From positions 1-64,000 of the forward strand of contig JAAILG010000642.1 in the NCBI GenBank assembly GCA_012026655.1: a stretch of DNA of 64,000 bases, written 5' to 3'. Positions 11,777-24,758 of the stretch are shown in pieces. The position numbers and the translations under genes are program-made. Below the pieces are notes generated by a model. The model was not told the DNA's origin and ran no database searches. It was given only the letters and a program-made list of their open reading frames with translations. The DNA comes from Hydrolagus affinis (taxonomy: Eukaryota). Every line of letters starts with the position of its first letter. Within the stretch, counting starts at the first letter, position 1.

Positions 11777-12006
11777 ATAATAATAAGATTAAGAACAATC
11801 CTTGCATTTTCTATGGCGCTTTTCACGTCTCCTAGACGTCTCAAAGCGCTTCACAGAACGCACTGTAAAGTAAATTGACTGTATATCTGTGGGCGAAACG
11901 CGGCAGCCAATTGCGCACAGGGGCGTCCCCACAAACAGTCGTGGATTGAAAATGATTTTTATTACGTTTTTTTTGGGAGGGATTATTATTAGGCGTGTGG
12001 AGTAAC
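11777..12006 (-). mobile_element. tRNA-derived SINE, 5'-truncated
   Basis: Tail and core match the dominant SINE family; head absent. Confidence 0.9.
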
Positions 12007-12132
12007 AAAACTCTCAAACATCAGCAAAAGGCCTGACTTGAGTAACCGAGAAATTCTACTCAATATCTTCTTAACTTACCTTACTCGCGTCCTCATCTCA
12101 GTCTATAATAAAAAGACAGTGCCCCCCACCTT

Positions 12133-12170
<38 letters not shown>

Positions 12171-12706
12171 TGACCGCCACTCACTCCACCCCACCCCACC
12201 TTGTCACCTACTCTTTCAGTTGTGATAAAGGGCCATGCCTTAAATGATAGCCTATCTTTCTCCTTCAGAATGCTGGTTGCCCTGCCGCGTAAATCTAGCA
12301 CTTTACGTCCTTGCAATCTTGCCCAGGTTCTCGAGGGAGTAAGTTGGCAGCAGAAACCGGCACGTAATTAGTACCAAATTGCAATCTCGGAAAGGTTAGA
12401 AGGCACGCCGACGTTCAAATTGGGAAATGTCACATTGAGATGAGGTCTTCTGAGGGTGGCAGGCTATCTGAATCCAACCCACGCTACCCCTAAATTGAGC
12501 GTTCTCGATCCTATCACAGGATTCTAAACAAGGGAGAATATTCCAACCCAACAGAAGTGACATCCCTTACGTCTTGAAGATTGCTCCAAACCGTAAAAAA
12601 AAATCCTTAAATCTTTTTTTCAAACGGCCTAGAAACCACAGCAACAACAAATTACATTTGCACAGTGCCTTTCATGTCGGGAGAAAGTCCCAAATGACTG
12701 CCCTAA

Positions 12707-13006
12707 AATAATAATTATAATAATCCTTGCATTTCACATCTTCTAAACGTCTCCAAGCGCTTCACAGAGTATACTCTAAAGTGAATTGACAGTATATTTG
12801 TGGGTGAAATGCGGCAGCCAATTGCGCACAGCAGCATCCCACAAACAGCCTTGGATTAAGTGACCAAATTAATGTTTTTTTTTAGGGATTATTATTGGGT
12901 ACGTGGAGTAAGGACACTAACCCATAGGTTTGCCCTGTCTGGAATTGAACCCAGGTCTCTTGCTTCCAAGGCGAGTGAGTGCTCTAAACACTGAGCTACA
13001 GGACTC
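12707..13006 (-). mobile_element. tRNA-derived SINE, full length
   Basis: Minus strand runs from head GAGTCCTGTAGCTCAGTG through to tail ATGCAAGGATTATT. Confidence 0.9.
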
Positions 13007-13519
13007 TGATTAACAATGACCGATTGTTAAATATAAGCTTAATATTGAGGCTTCAAAGTCCTGATGTGAAAGGTGCTATACAAGCGTCATTTTGGTGTTA
13101 TTGCTTTTGTAAATACTGTAGATTAAATAGAGCAAATTTAGACTTTCTCTCCCCCCCTCCACCCAGTTCCGTTTGAACGGATTCCTAAATGTTGGCTTCC
13201 GAATGACAGCACAGCAGATTCTAACCAGAAGTTACTGTGTCGGGGCACCAAGCATCGATCCACAGAAGTTATTGTTATTATCAGCACAAAATCGCACGCG
13301 GGTTGCGAAAATGTGAAATCAAATATGAACTCAGGAAATTCTTGTTTCAGGGTTTACTGTGTGTGAGAGTGTGAGATCAAGGGCAAGATAGTTTGCATGC
13401 TGTTATGCAATGTGAGTGCTTGTTCGCTCACGATGGCAATGTTCTTTACAGTTCAAGCATTTATCTTGGGGAAAAATGTTCTTCAGAGAGAGACAAAAAA
13501 AAAAATGATACCAAGATAC

Positions 13520-13760
13520 CAACTGAGAATTTCTTCGCACAGAGGGTTGTGAAAACACGGAATGCTCTGCCCTAAAAGAGACGCAATCAATAAGGGAGTT
13601 CAAAAGAAAGATAGATGGAAACTGGGTGAGTTGAGGTGTTAAGAGGTAAGGTGTAATCGCAAGGTATTTGGATGGAAAGATCCACCGAGATCTAATCAAC
13701 TGGCGGAACAGGATCTTGGGACTGAACGTCCATCTTCTACCCGTTCCTGTTTCTGTACAT
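13520..13760 (+). mobile_element. Degenerate CR1 3' end
   Basis: ENFFAQRVVKTRNALP is the CR1 'NFFSQRVVxLWNSLP' motif, followed by a 3'UTR with GATCTAATCAACTGGCGGAACAGG. Confidence 0.75.
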
Positions 13761-14369
13761 TCCTATCATGTCTAATGATGGATTACAAGTTCAAGGCAAA
13801 GGACAATTTGCTCGTTGTCCTCACTGTAACTGGGCGGTGATGTTGCCGAGCATCTTTGCTTGAGTGCAAACACACCTATTAGAGAGTGAACCTAATTAGG
13901 TTTTTAAGAATCGAGTTTCCCTTGTAACGAAGCAGTTCCAGGCAGCCCATTAGTAGGAGGTAATGTCAGCATTTTAAGGACGAGCTCCTTTGAGTATGCG
14001 GCACTGGACTGCAGCTGATTAACCGATCGTACCATACGAGCAAAACGCTGAATCAGCCTGGATGTCCGCAAGATCACACAAGAGTGTTGGATAAAGAATG
14101 CTCTCTTCAACCTGTTTAGCTTTCTCCTTCCAGAATAGCCAACTTAAATAGGTCCACTCTCCTAGCCTCACCACAACAACAACAACAACAAATTACATTT
14201 ATAGAGCGCCTTTCACGTCGGGAGGACGTCCCAAGGCACCACCCTTTCTGATAACCGGTTTCTTCGTTAATACTCCCCCGTGTAAAGAAATACTTCCTGG
14301 TGTCTGTCCTTGAATCACAACTCGGAACTCGTACCTTCTCGTTGTGCTATTCAGAATAACTACTACTTC

Positions 14370-14592
14370 GGGTTCCTGTAGCTCAGCGGTTAGAGCACTC
14401 GCCTCGTAAGGAGAGGACCCGGGTTCAATTCCCGACAGGCTGAAACGTTAGACAAGTTTCCTTACTCCACATGTCTCTGTTCACCCAACAGTAAGTAGGA
14501 AACCAGTTATTCGTTGTTTGTGGGACACTGCTGTGTGCAATTGGCTTGCCGCGTTTCACCCACAAAATATACGGTCAATTCACTTTGACAGT
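14370..14592 (+). mobile_element. tRNA-derived SINE, long variant (3'-truncated)
   Basis: tRNA-like head GTAGCTCAGCGGTTAGAGCACTCGCCTCGTAAGG..GGTTCAATTCC, plus an extra segment CTGTTCACCCAACAGTAAGTAGGAAACC also found at ~23211. Confidence 0.8.
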
Positions 14593-15329
14593 GTTGAGAG
14601 ATTGAGCTCAGTTTACACTGACACTGCCTGTACTTAAAATTGGCCCTGGATACTGATTTCAGGCAGCTCGTATTGTTACAGAATTTACATGTGTAATGAG
14701 TAATGAGACTGTAATTGACAAAGGAAGATGGAAATGATAAACCAGAATGATTTTACCAGAAGGAAATGTTGACACATTATCTACGCACCAAGATCTGGGT
14801 CCCAAATGGTGGGAGTTGGGAGGTGGGGAGAGAGGGGGTGGGACAATGTACAAAACAATTATCTCATTCATTTCACTCCAACTAAAATCACAGGGAAAAC
14901 ATTGTCTGGGTGTTTTTGCGAAATGGCTTTTGACAGCTGGAACAAAATGATTATCTTATGTGTTGTTTTGCATTAAAGGTGACAAATGCTTTGTGATGGT
15001 CCATTTTATTAATTTGGGGGTGAAATTGGATGGTTGTACGCTTTATTAGTGACTCGTTAGCAATTAAAAAGACCTCATTTAAATACAGTTGCGTCGATTT
15101 TTGGTTTGCATAATTTCCCATCAGAAATCTTCACGAAAGCGGGTTCCTCTGATGTCTGGTGCAGATACCATCGCTCGCCTCACACTGCCAGTCCTCAGGG
15201 CTGCGGGTACATCAAATGCAAACTGCCATCTCTTCTTGCTGGTGCCTGACCCGCCACTCACAAGTCTCTCTACCTCCGATCGCAGCCCACGCACCTGCCT
15301 GATGTTGCCAAGCTACGCAAATACAATGC

Positions 15330-15690
15330 GAATTTGCACTTACATACAGCGCCTTCCACATCGGGAGAATATCTTAAGGCACCACAACAACATAACAACA
15401 ACGACGGCAAATAGTATAGCGCCTTTCATGTCGGGAGGACGTCCCAAGGCACTGGACAATCAGGGATCCGCACCCGAGCTGGGGGGGCGGGGTAGGGATT
15501 TTGGGAGGTTGTTTGATTGACATCCATTGTTCACTCACCAGACATTGCAAGAATCAGGAAGGGTGGAGGGCGGGGAGGGTGGGTGTAGGAGGGTGACCGA
15601 AGGTGCGGTCGAAGTGGAGGGTCTTGAACGAGATGAGGGAGGGTGCAAAGGGAGGGGTGGGGAAGGAGGGAGGTGGCCAAAGGAAGTCAT
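15330..15690 (-). mobile_element. L2 3' end with duplicated tail stubs
   Basis: Two adjacent tails (AGCGCCTTCCACATCGGGAG.. and AGCGCCTTTCATGTCGGGAGGACGTCCCAAGGCAC) and the minus-strand peptide SLISFKTLHFDRTF. Confidence 0.7.
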
Positions 15691-15840
15691 TAAGTAGTCC
15701 ACAATCTGCAGATGCAGTATCAACAGAGACACATTGAGAAAGAGCAAAGGCTCTCATGCCAGAGTAGCTCGATTTAAATACACTTAAAGTGAAAATTCAA
15801 CAAGTGGGAAACAAAACGTTCAAAGATGATATTTAAACAC

Positions 15841-16147
15841 GAGTCCTGTATCTCAGTGGTTGGAGCGCTCGCCTTACAAGCGAGAGACCTGGGTTCGATT
15901 CCAGGCAGGGTGAGACCTTGGGCGAGTATGTTTCCGTACTCCGCACACCTGATAATAATCCCTCAAAAAAAGGAATAATTAATTGTGCATTTTTCACACC
16001 TGTTTGTGGGACACAGCTCTGCGTGATTGGCTGTCGCATTTCTCCCACAAATGTACAGTCACTTCACTCCACAGTATATTCTGTGAAGCGCTTGAACGTC
16101 TAGAAGATGTGAAAAGCGCTGTATCAAATGCAAGGATTATTATTATT
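15841..16147 (+). mobile_element. tRNA-derived SINE, full length
   Basis: Head, core and tail as in the other family members. Confidence 0.92.
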
Positions 16148-16925
16148 TGCAGTATCCCTCGCACAGACAAGGTGAAGCAGAGAATTGCCCGTAAATCCAC
16201 ACCTGTTTTGGGACCTTCAACATCCAATGCCAGTATGGAGCGGTTACACATTTCTCCCCCAGTTTCAAAATATATTAAACAACATGAGATCTGTGAACCA
16301 AAAGTGAGCGAGCCCCATCAGATACTCGACAGGACTAAATATTGTGGGATCTTAGCAACCAGCAAACGAGGAGGATATTGTTTGCACACCTAATCTAACT
16401 GTGCCAGACACACACACACGATTACATACTGGCTGCTTCACACTATGAGTCCACCCCGTTTATTAATGCAGCATACTGCAGAAATTTACGTGCATTAAGA
16501 GAACAGAAGACATCCAGCGTTAAGAAATCACAGCCGTGAGGCTTAGTGTTGGGGAACAGATGATCAAAGGCATCAAAGAGAAGAAAAGAAGCAAGCACAA
16601 CACATGAATTACACTCTCCTGACCAAACCTTCTAATGGACAGCTACTTTGCTTTAGAAATGTTAATCTTGGCCAGTATTTCCAAAGATTACTTGTGTTTA
16701 AAAAAAAAGGGGGGGGATTTCTTCAATTTCTACCGTCTATTTGCAGCCGATTAATCACTGGCGTTGCAACTAAATTCAGGTCTGAAAGACTCATCCCTTT
16801 GAAGAGGTTTGTTAATGGGTGAACGGAAAACGAGGATATCTTCTGAATAGATATGTAATGTTCTGTATGTATTTAACGTGGGCAATCCCAGCTCCTCAAA
16901 GCACACGAATCATTCTGCTGCTTTT

Positions 16926-17220
16926 AATAATAATATTATCGTTGCATTTTGATATAAGCGCTTTTCACGTCTTCTAGATGTCTCAAAGCACTTCACGAAA
17001 TGTACTGTCAAGTGAATTGACTGTTTATTTGTGGGCGAAACGCGGTAGTAAATTGCGCACAGCAGTATCCCCACAAACAGTCGTGGATTGCAATTACCAA
17101 TTTTATTATTGGTTTTTTTTGAGGGATCGTTATTAGACGTTTAGACTAAGGAAACTTGCCCTGACCTGCTTGGATTCGAACACAGGTCTCACGCTTCCTC
17201 TAACCACTGAGCAACAGAAC
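16926..17220 (-). mobile_element. tRNA-derived SINE with small head deletions
   Basis: Core and tail match the family; B box GTTCGAATCC present on the minus strand. Confidence 0.88.
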
Positions 17221-19645
17221 ACCATGGCGTGATAATAGCACAGAAATAAACCATTTGGCCCAACTGGTCTGTATTGGTGTTTAGACAACAACGCCCGCAA
17301 CAAGATTGCATTTGTATAGCGCCCTTCACGTCGGGAGGACCTCCCACAACTCACCACAAGCTCCCATCCCTCCTAGTCCCTCTTCTCGTATGCAAACATC
17401 AACAACAACAACAAGTTAGATTTATATAGCGCCCTCCACGCCGAACGGCGTCTTAGAGCGCTTCACGTTTCCTCTGCGAGGCATTCCACATCCTCGCCAC
17501 CCTCTGTGTACCTGAAAAAGGGGGTGAGATCACTCAGCGGGTTGACAGTGTCGGTCGGTTGTATTGATTAGTCTCCCGCGCTACTGATTTGTGAGACGTG
17601 AGCTCCATAAGGATATGGCACACCCTGCCTGCGTAATCCATTAAAAGAGGAATTGGAATGTCAGGCACACACAATGACATTCTCCTGCTGGCAGGGGAGG
17701 TAATTGGTACAGTCTTCTTGTGCTCCTAAGCATCTTCCTGCTCCTCACCAGAGGAACTATTGATATCAGTCAGTCAGTCAGCGCTGCACAAAGCAATATC
17801 TCCTGTTATTGCTGATTTAGAGAGGAAGGATGTCACATCAAGCTGTCCACAGCTGGGCCAGGGACCCAACAGACATTCTAAATCACTGCCGACTTCCTTG
17901 CGTGCCTGCGGAGTGATTTACCGCAGCCACGCAGTCGGTGGCTATGAAACGCGCAGCTTTCCCATATGACGGAGAGGAGCCTGCGTTCCAACGCTCTGCC
18001 GACGGCGTGTGGTGCCAGCAAAGTCGGGATGGATGTGTGCCAAACACAAGAACAAAATTACATTTGTATTGCGCCTTTCACATTGGGAGGGTGGCGCTGG
18101 ACAGACAGTATTCCGGACCCGAGCTGGGTGTAGGGATTGGGAAGGGTGGAGGGCAGGTGGGGGTGGTAGGGATGGGGGCGGTGTGGTTAGGAGATTGATT
18201 GATCGCCACCTATTACACCCACTATTCATTCACCCGACAATGCAGGAAGAAGGGAGGACATTTCTAGGGGCAATGGGGGAGGCTATAAGCTATAAATCTG
18301 AGCTGCTCTGATCTGTTTGTAGATTTGTTTGACATTTGAAAGACACGCTCCTTCCTTGAGCAGTGACAAACGTCACCCACCCCCGGGAATTTGTGAAGCC
18401 CAAGGTGCCTACCCTCCAGTGAGAGGATGGGGCCAATCCACTCCAGGCGGAGGGAAATTTCCACGTGTTAGTGGCATGAGTTGAACCTGGTCTGGAAAGC
18501 CTTGGAGACGCCTTCGTGACGTGAAGGGCGCAGTACAAATGTAATCGGTCGTTGTGGTTTGGGTACCCCGAAATATGGTGATGCATTTCCGCACGCGTCA
18601 TATACCCAAAGAACATAGACCAACTGGTCAACGGAATGCCAAAAATATACCGCAACGCATACACACACCCGTATCGCACGCTGCACATATCGAAAGACGA
18701 ACTGTGCACAAATCTATATCAGTGATTTAGTCTGTTTGAGGAAATATTTATAAATCACCTTTGAACCGCTGAGTAGAGTAGGTACAAGATATAATTATTG
18801 CTTAGCGTGAATCTCTCTTCCCCCGTACTGCGGGGATTCATAAACACTGAGTGGGCTTGTTCGCTGCTAATGGCATAGAATGGGGAAGCAGGACTCAATC
18901 AAATAATTTAATTAGCAAAGTGCTTATTTAGGCTTGGCAGGGACAACATTTTCTGGCTGTTAGGGGTTTAACTAGAGAGAGAGGGAGAGCGAGAGATAGA
19001 CTTTGTATCAAGGTGATGCAGCGAGAGAGAGAGAGAGCGAGGAAGATGGTGAGCAAAGATGTGGTAATCGCAAGGTAGGTTTGCAACCGGAATTAAAAAC
19101 ATATTTTTATTGCAAAACAAACAAAACTGAAATTAAGGTATTTTGACAAATAGATTGACCAATACTCAGCATGAGAAATTTAGAACCACAAGGTGAAATT
19201 TCCTATCTCAACTGTGCTGATTCACAAAGAAGGATACATAGCTTTGTCAGATTGCCTCAAAACAGTAATATATGTAGTGCTCGTAGGGACGGATGGGGTT
19301 GGGAGGGGTTGAGGGGGATAAGAAATAAAACTTTAATCTGAAGAAGCACGTGGCAAAATTGTTTTTAAAAAGTTAAATTCTTTTTCAAAATAAAATATAC
19401 AGGCTGATAAATACTAATAATAATAATACTAATAATAATCCTGGGATTTGATAACAGCGCCTTGTCACATCGCCAAAACGCCTCAAAGCACCGCACAGCA
19501 TTTACTCAGAGTGTTGTGACTGGGCTATTTGCAAGCGAGATCGAGGTTTTTGGAAGCAGCAAAGTATCTGGCGCAATAAGTCATCAACGGGTATACTTCT
19601 CTGGTGTGGTGGGGGAAGTGGGAGAGGGGAGCTTATTTGGAGTTT

Positions 19646-19996
19646 GGAGCTCCTGTAGCCTCAGTGGTTAGAGCACTCGCTGTAAATGCGTGAGACCGGT
19701 GTTCGAATCCAGGCAGGTCAGGGCGAAACCTTGGGCAAGTTTCCTTACTACACACACACACACACACACGAGCCTAATAATAACCCGTCCCAAAAAAACC
19801 CTGATAAGAAAAATTGTTCATTTTCAAACCACGACTGTTTGTGTTGGACGCTGCTATACGCAATGTTTCGCCCACGAACATACAGCCAATTCACTTTACA
19901 GTATATTCTGTGAAGCGCTTGGAGATGCCGATAAGATGTGAAAAGCCCTGTATCAAAATGCAAGGATTATTATGATTATAATAGTAATAATAATAA
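19646..19996 (+). mobile_element. tRNA-derived SINE with an internal (CA)n expansion at 19748-19769
   Basis: Family consensus; the usual CTCCACACGCC is expanded to a (CA)n tract. Confidence 0.9.
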
Positions 19997-20504
19997 CATT
20001 ATTTAAATAATAATTCTAATAATTATCGGTCGCGGGTTCCCAAACCCATTTGGTGATTTTTTTTTGTCGACAAAGTACGCTGGTGTCTGTAATATTTATT
20101 GCTTCCCAGGTCAATAATCCAATGGATGTGAAAAATGTTGGAAGCTTGTCACACTACAATTTCAATTTCAGTTTCTAATACCCTCGATTCCTTTTTTTTC
20201 TCTCCGACAAAAAAACCCGAAAACAAACGTGGTATTTATGTTCAAAATCCTGTTTACAGTGGTCGGGGGGTGCCCAAGGGCGGCTTACACAGGCGTGAGC
20301 CAGTGCAGGCGAGAGAGGAAATGGATACAACACAAATCAAGCTGACACTTTCATTGACATTCGTAATCCGTTAGCTCAGCGCCCCTGTCATTTTGGAATA
20401 TCTTGAATCTCTTGTTTTAAATTCATTAGGGTCGGCCCGCCCGCCGAACCACATATTTCAACCTGGGGAAGGACGGACGGCCTGTGCTAGTGGCTTTGGT
20501 CCGG

Positions 20505-20795
20505 TTTGGCTGCCGCGTTTCGCCCACAAATATACAGTCGGTTTTCCTGCTCTCCTTCTCCCTTCCCCGACCCCTCTCCTTGCCATCTTTCCCCCCTAAC
20601 CCTACTTCCATGACTGTTTGCGGGACACTGCTGTGCGCAATTTGGCTGCCGCGTTTCGCCCACATAAATATACAGTCAATTTTCCTACTCTCCTTCCCCC
20701 GTCCCCTCCCCCCACCCCACTCTGATCGCTGCCTGACTTCAGTGCCTTGGGACGTCCTCCCGACGTGAAAGGCGCTATATAAATGTAATTATTGA
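20505..20795 (+). mobile_element. Chimeric SINE-core / L2-3'UTR element with an internal tandem duplication
   Basis: TTTGGCTGCCGCGTTTCGCCCACA..TACAGTC(A/G)(A/G)TTTTCCT(A/G)CTCTCCTTC occurs twice, then the L2 tail GTGCCTTGGGACGTCCTCCCGACGTGAAAGGCGCTATATAAATGTAATT. Confidence 0.75.
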
Positions 20796-23140
20796 TTGAT
20801 TTCTGTTCAAACGGCACAGAGCAAATCACAGCAACTCTCTGCTGCTTGGTGGCTCTGTTGTTTCTGTGTGAGAGAGCTCATCTGCTTCTGTGCACACATC
20901 AGCTCTCGTTAGGCCAGCCGCTGCGCGCCACCGTGAATTAATGCAACGTGCTTCTCTGCTCACAAAGTGGTCACCGAAATGCGCGTGGGGCTAATAACAA
21001 ACCCGCCACCCTTTTTCACTCACTGCTCGATTGTATAATTAAGGGCGTTTAAATATGATTTGCCCAACTCGCATTTTAGATCCTACAAGTCAGATACTTG
21101 AGCTTGAAAGAATATATTCCTGTTGAGGTTAGTCTGAGTGCGAGTTAATATGGCCTTATCTTTCTCTTCCAAATCGCAACGCACAAAATTGTCCATTAAA
21201 ACTGCACAACGGATGCCAAATGTCCACAGTGCTGGGGCAAGGCTGTATTCAATTGGAAAGATCGAAACTGTGACATTTGATGGTGGTGGTTTGTGACTGA
21301 ACTCCAAAGATCTTCAGCCGCACAGCCATTATTAGATCTGTCATGGAATCAGTTGGGTGGTGGGGGGGACGGGAGGGAGAGAGAGAGAGTGTTAGAGTTA
21401 GAGAGAGACAGAGAGAGAGAGTTAGTATTCTTTCTATTTTATTATTGAAAGGGATGCTACTTTTGATAACACTGTGTGAACAGACACAAATATTGGTTTG
21501 TGATGTGCTCAAAGGAGAAATCTTGGAGGAGGAACAGTCAACAACAACAAAATTACACTTGTATGGACAGCGCCTTTCACGTCAGGAGGACGTCCCAAGG
21601 CGCTAGACAGTCATTGTTTCAGACCCGAGCTGGGGTTAGGCACAGGGAGGGTAAAGGGAAAGGGTGGGATTTGGTATGCTCTAACCACTGAGCTACAGGA
21701 GCTCAGTTAACTTGGAGAGGGAGGGGAGGGGGAGGGGCGTGGGGGTGGGATTGTCAGCTAGGACACTGGAAGAAACTCCCTTCTCTATTCAAGTATGACA
21801 TAATCTTTAACGTCCACCCGAATTGGCGCAGAAAAGACTTCTAGTTCGTAAAATTGAAAGGGAAGCACTGTACAAAGTTTTTGTTTTAAAAAAATCGCTT
21901 CGAGATACGAATGTGACACAATTAGCAAATAAATCTCGTGAACATTCTGGGTCTTGGCATCTCTTGGCATAAACATTAGTTGCGTGGAGGATAAAAGATG
22001 TGTTTATTTCGGTGAGTCTGACTAAATCTGCAAATTATGCAAATACACATCTGTCTTGTAAACCCCGCGCACATTTTCTATCACAACATCAAAACACAGT
22101 GAAGTGCTTTTAAGGAGAAAGGCATATTGTAATTTTACTCATTCGTTGGATACAAACACAGAATCCCTCCCTCCCTCCCTCCCCTCCCTTCCTTCCTTCC
22201 TCTGGGATGGAAAAAGACCTTTAGCAACAACCACATATGCTGATATCTGTGTAACATAGCCGACCCTTCAAACTAAGATAGCGTAGCGCCAATAGGTATG
22301 TAACTATAGATATTATGTATTTGGGAAATGGACAGAGTACTGTGAAGGGACTGACTTAGTCAGTGTGTTGTACAGTATATTTGTTGACAAGTCGTTAACC
22401 AGTTGAGATCTTGGGTTCAGTAACTGTGCACAGAACTGTAGTTAAAGAAGTTCATGTGGTGCTGCTTATTCGTGTTAATTGTGATCCAGGACATTGAACG
22501 TTATAAACGAGATTACTCGCTCCCACACTCACTCAATCAGTCGCTCAGTCGCTCACTCGCCCTTCCTTAATGTGACAGCTATTAAGGGTTATATGTGAAA
22601 TGGGATCGGGCTGTCAGAAGGCAGCTGTTCTTGGTCCATGCGCGGAGCAGGTTTTTCAGACAGTCACAATCCAGTTCCCAGGTGATATCAGCCAACGAGA
22701 GAAAACAAACCATAATTCAACTCTAATTGGAGCTCATTTAGAAACCTCGCTGGGAGACGTGATGGGCTCGAGTGTGCAAAATGGAAATTGCTCAGCGAGC
22801 ATCAGGGGGTGCCTCCCGTGCAGTAATGTTCGGGGAGAAGGAATCCATTCAAAGGCCCGCCCGCCTGCCTGCCCGCCCACCACAACTGAATCTACCTGGA
22901 AATGCGGCCTTTATGAGCAGCAATTGCAATTTATTGCTATTCAGCACTGGTTAGGCCGCAATTTGGAGTGTGCGGCGTGCCCTTCTGGTTGCTACACTGC
23001 AGGAAGCATTGAAGAGAGAGAGAGAGAGAGGGATTTATTATCATGGAGCCCTGCAGATTACTGATTAGAGCAATCAACGACGATAGCAACAACTACAACT
23101 TGCAGTTATACAAGCGCCCTCCACACCAGGCAGCGGGCCG

Positions 23141-23476
23141 CAAGCGAGAGGACCAGTGTTCGATTCCCGGGCAGGGTGTGAAGTTAAGCAAGTTTCCTTA
23201 CTCCACGCGCCCCTGTTAACCTAGCAGTTAAGTAGGAGCCCGGTTGTGAATCGATTGGCGGATTGCTTTCCCGGGGGTAATTACCCCTTCAAAAAAAAAT
23301 AATACTTTGGTTCCCCCAATCCATGACTGTTTGTGGGACACTGCAGTATGCAATTGGCTGCCAGGTATCGCCCACAAAATTTACAGCCAATTCACTTTAC
23401 AGTATATTCTGTGAAGCGCTTTGAGATGTCCTGAAGACTAGATATGACGCTATGTCAAATGGAAGGATTATTATTA
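23141..23476 (+). mobile_element. tRNA-derived SINE, long variant (5'-clipped)
   Basis: Family B box, core and tail, plus an extra ~70 bp at 23211-23283. Confidence 0.85.
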
Positions 23477-23519
23477 ATAGCATGTGACCAGGGCTCAGTG
23501 AATACAGCCATCGAGCAAG

Positions 23520-23660
23520 ACTGGACAGGTCAAAGCTTTTTCTCCCTGGAGGTGAGATGATTTGAGAGGGGACGTGAAATGAGGGATTTAAAATTCTAAA
23601 AGGATTCAACAAGGTGGATGGACTGTTGATCCACTTGTCGGTGAGTCTGAAACAAGAGTG
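23520..23660 (+). mobile_element. Degenerate CR1 RT fragment
   Basis: Resembles LDRLGLFSLE.RRLRGDLIEVFKILKGF.KVD, with frameshifts. Confidence 0.65.
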
Positions 23661-24758
23661 AACAACAACAACAGTCGGACAGTCAGTGTTTCAGACCCGA
23701 GCTGAAGTCGGGATTGGGGTGGGTGGAGGGAAGGGAGGGGAAGGGAAATGGAGGGAGGAAGAGGGAGAGAGAGAGAGAGAGAAAGAAAGAGAGAGAGAGA
23801 GAGCGGAAGATTGAGGAAGGGAAAGAAAGCAATTCGCTTTCTCAGTTGCAATGAATCAGTGATCTTTGCCCTGCGAACACCTTGGGAGCTGGTTACCAAA
23901 ACGTGCCTTGCAGCACAGAGAACGCTGCCGGTTTAGCTCAGTCAATAGCGTTGTACTGAGAAACAAAAACCCCCTCAACAAAGATCAGAACACATCATTA
24001 CATGGTCAGAATCAGGCTCCGTGCACTGATGTGGAAATCATTTCAATCGTATTCATATTAAGGTAGGCAAGTGCACTACTAATGATGGAAGCCGTTCTTC
24101 TGTGCTGACAGCATCAAATCAGAGTTTTTGAAGGTTCAAAAAATAAATCTGCTGTATTAATAAGATACTTCTCTCCGTCTCTGTCTCTCTCTCTCTCTCT
24201 CTCTCCCAACTCTCTGCTGTAGTTAATAAGAATTCAGCCCTGCTTACAGACGTAAATTTCACACACACATACACACGCACATGCACAACACGCACACACA
24301 TTTGATTTGGCACGCAGGAATTGTCAGACAAAAACAAATAGCACCGTCCATCTTCTACCATCCAGGTAGCTGCCTGCTTCAATAATGGAGAGATTGTTAG
24401 CAATTAATACCGCATGGATTAGTCCACAAAGGGAGTGGAAAGCTTTGGGAACCTCGGATCCTGATTCTTTCAAAGTGTACTACACTCACCGTGTCCCAAA
24501 TTACTCGTACGCTGAATCCCCAAATACTATTCCCGAAAATAAATCTACTTAAGTTGCAGCAATTGTCACATATCAAGCATATGTGTGTTTTCAATTTTTT
24601 TTTAATGTAAAACTGGATGGAACGGGTTCTCAAGGGAGATGCTAGATCAACATCCACCTTGTTGATCCTTTCAAGATTAAGTGAGATGGATTTCTGTTGA
24701 GAAATAGTATCTCGTGGGACACAAATATATAGTTTGGGACATACGTGCGACTGACGTG

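Noticed and set aside
15841-15912. tRNA-like cloverleaf with a TAC anticodon loop (also at 14370, 54421, 63488)
   Set aside because: It continues directly into the SINE body, the acceptor stem is imperfect and there is no Pol III terminator. It is a SINE head, not a tRNA gene.
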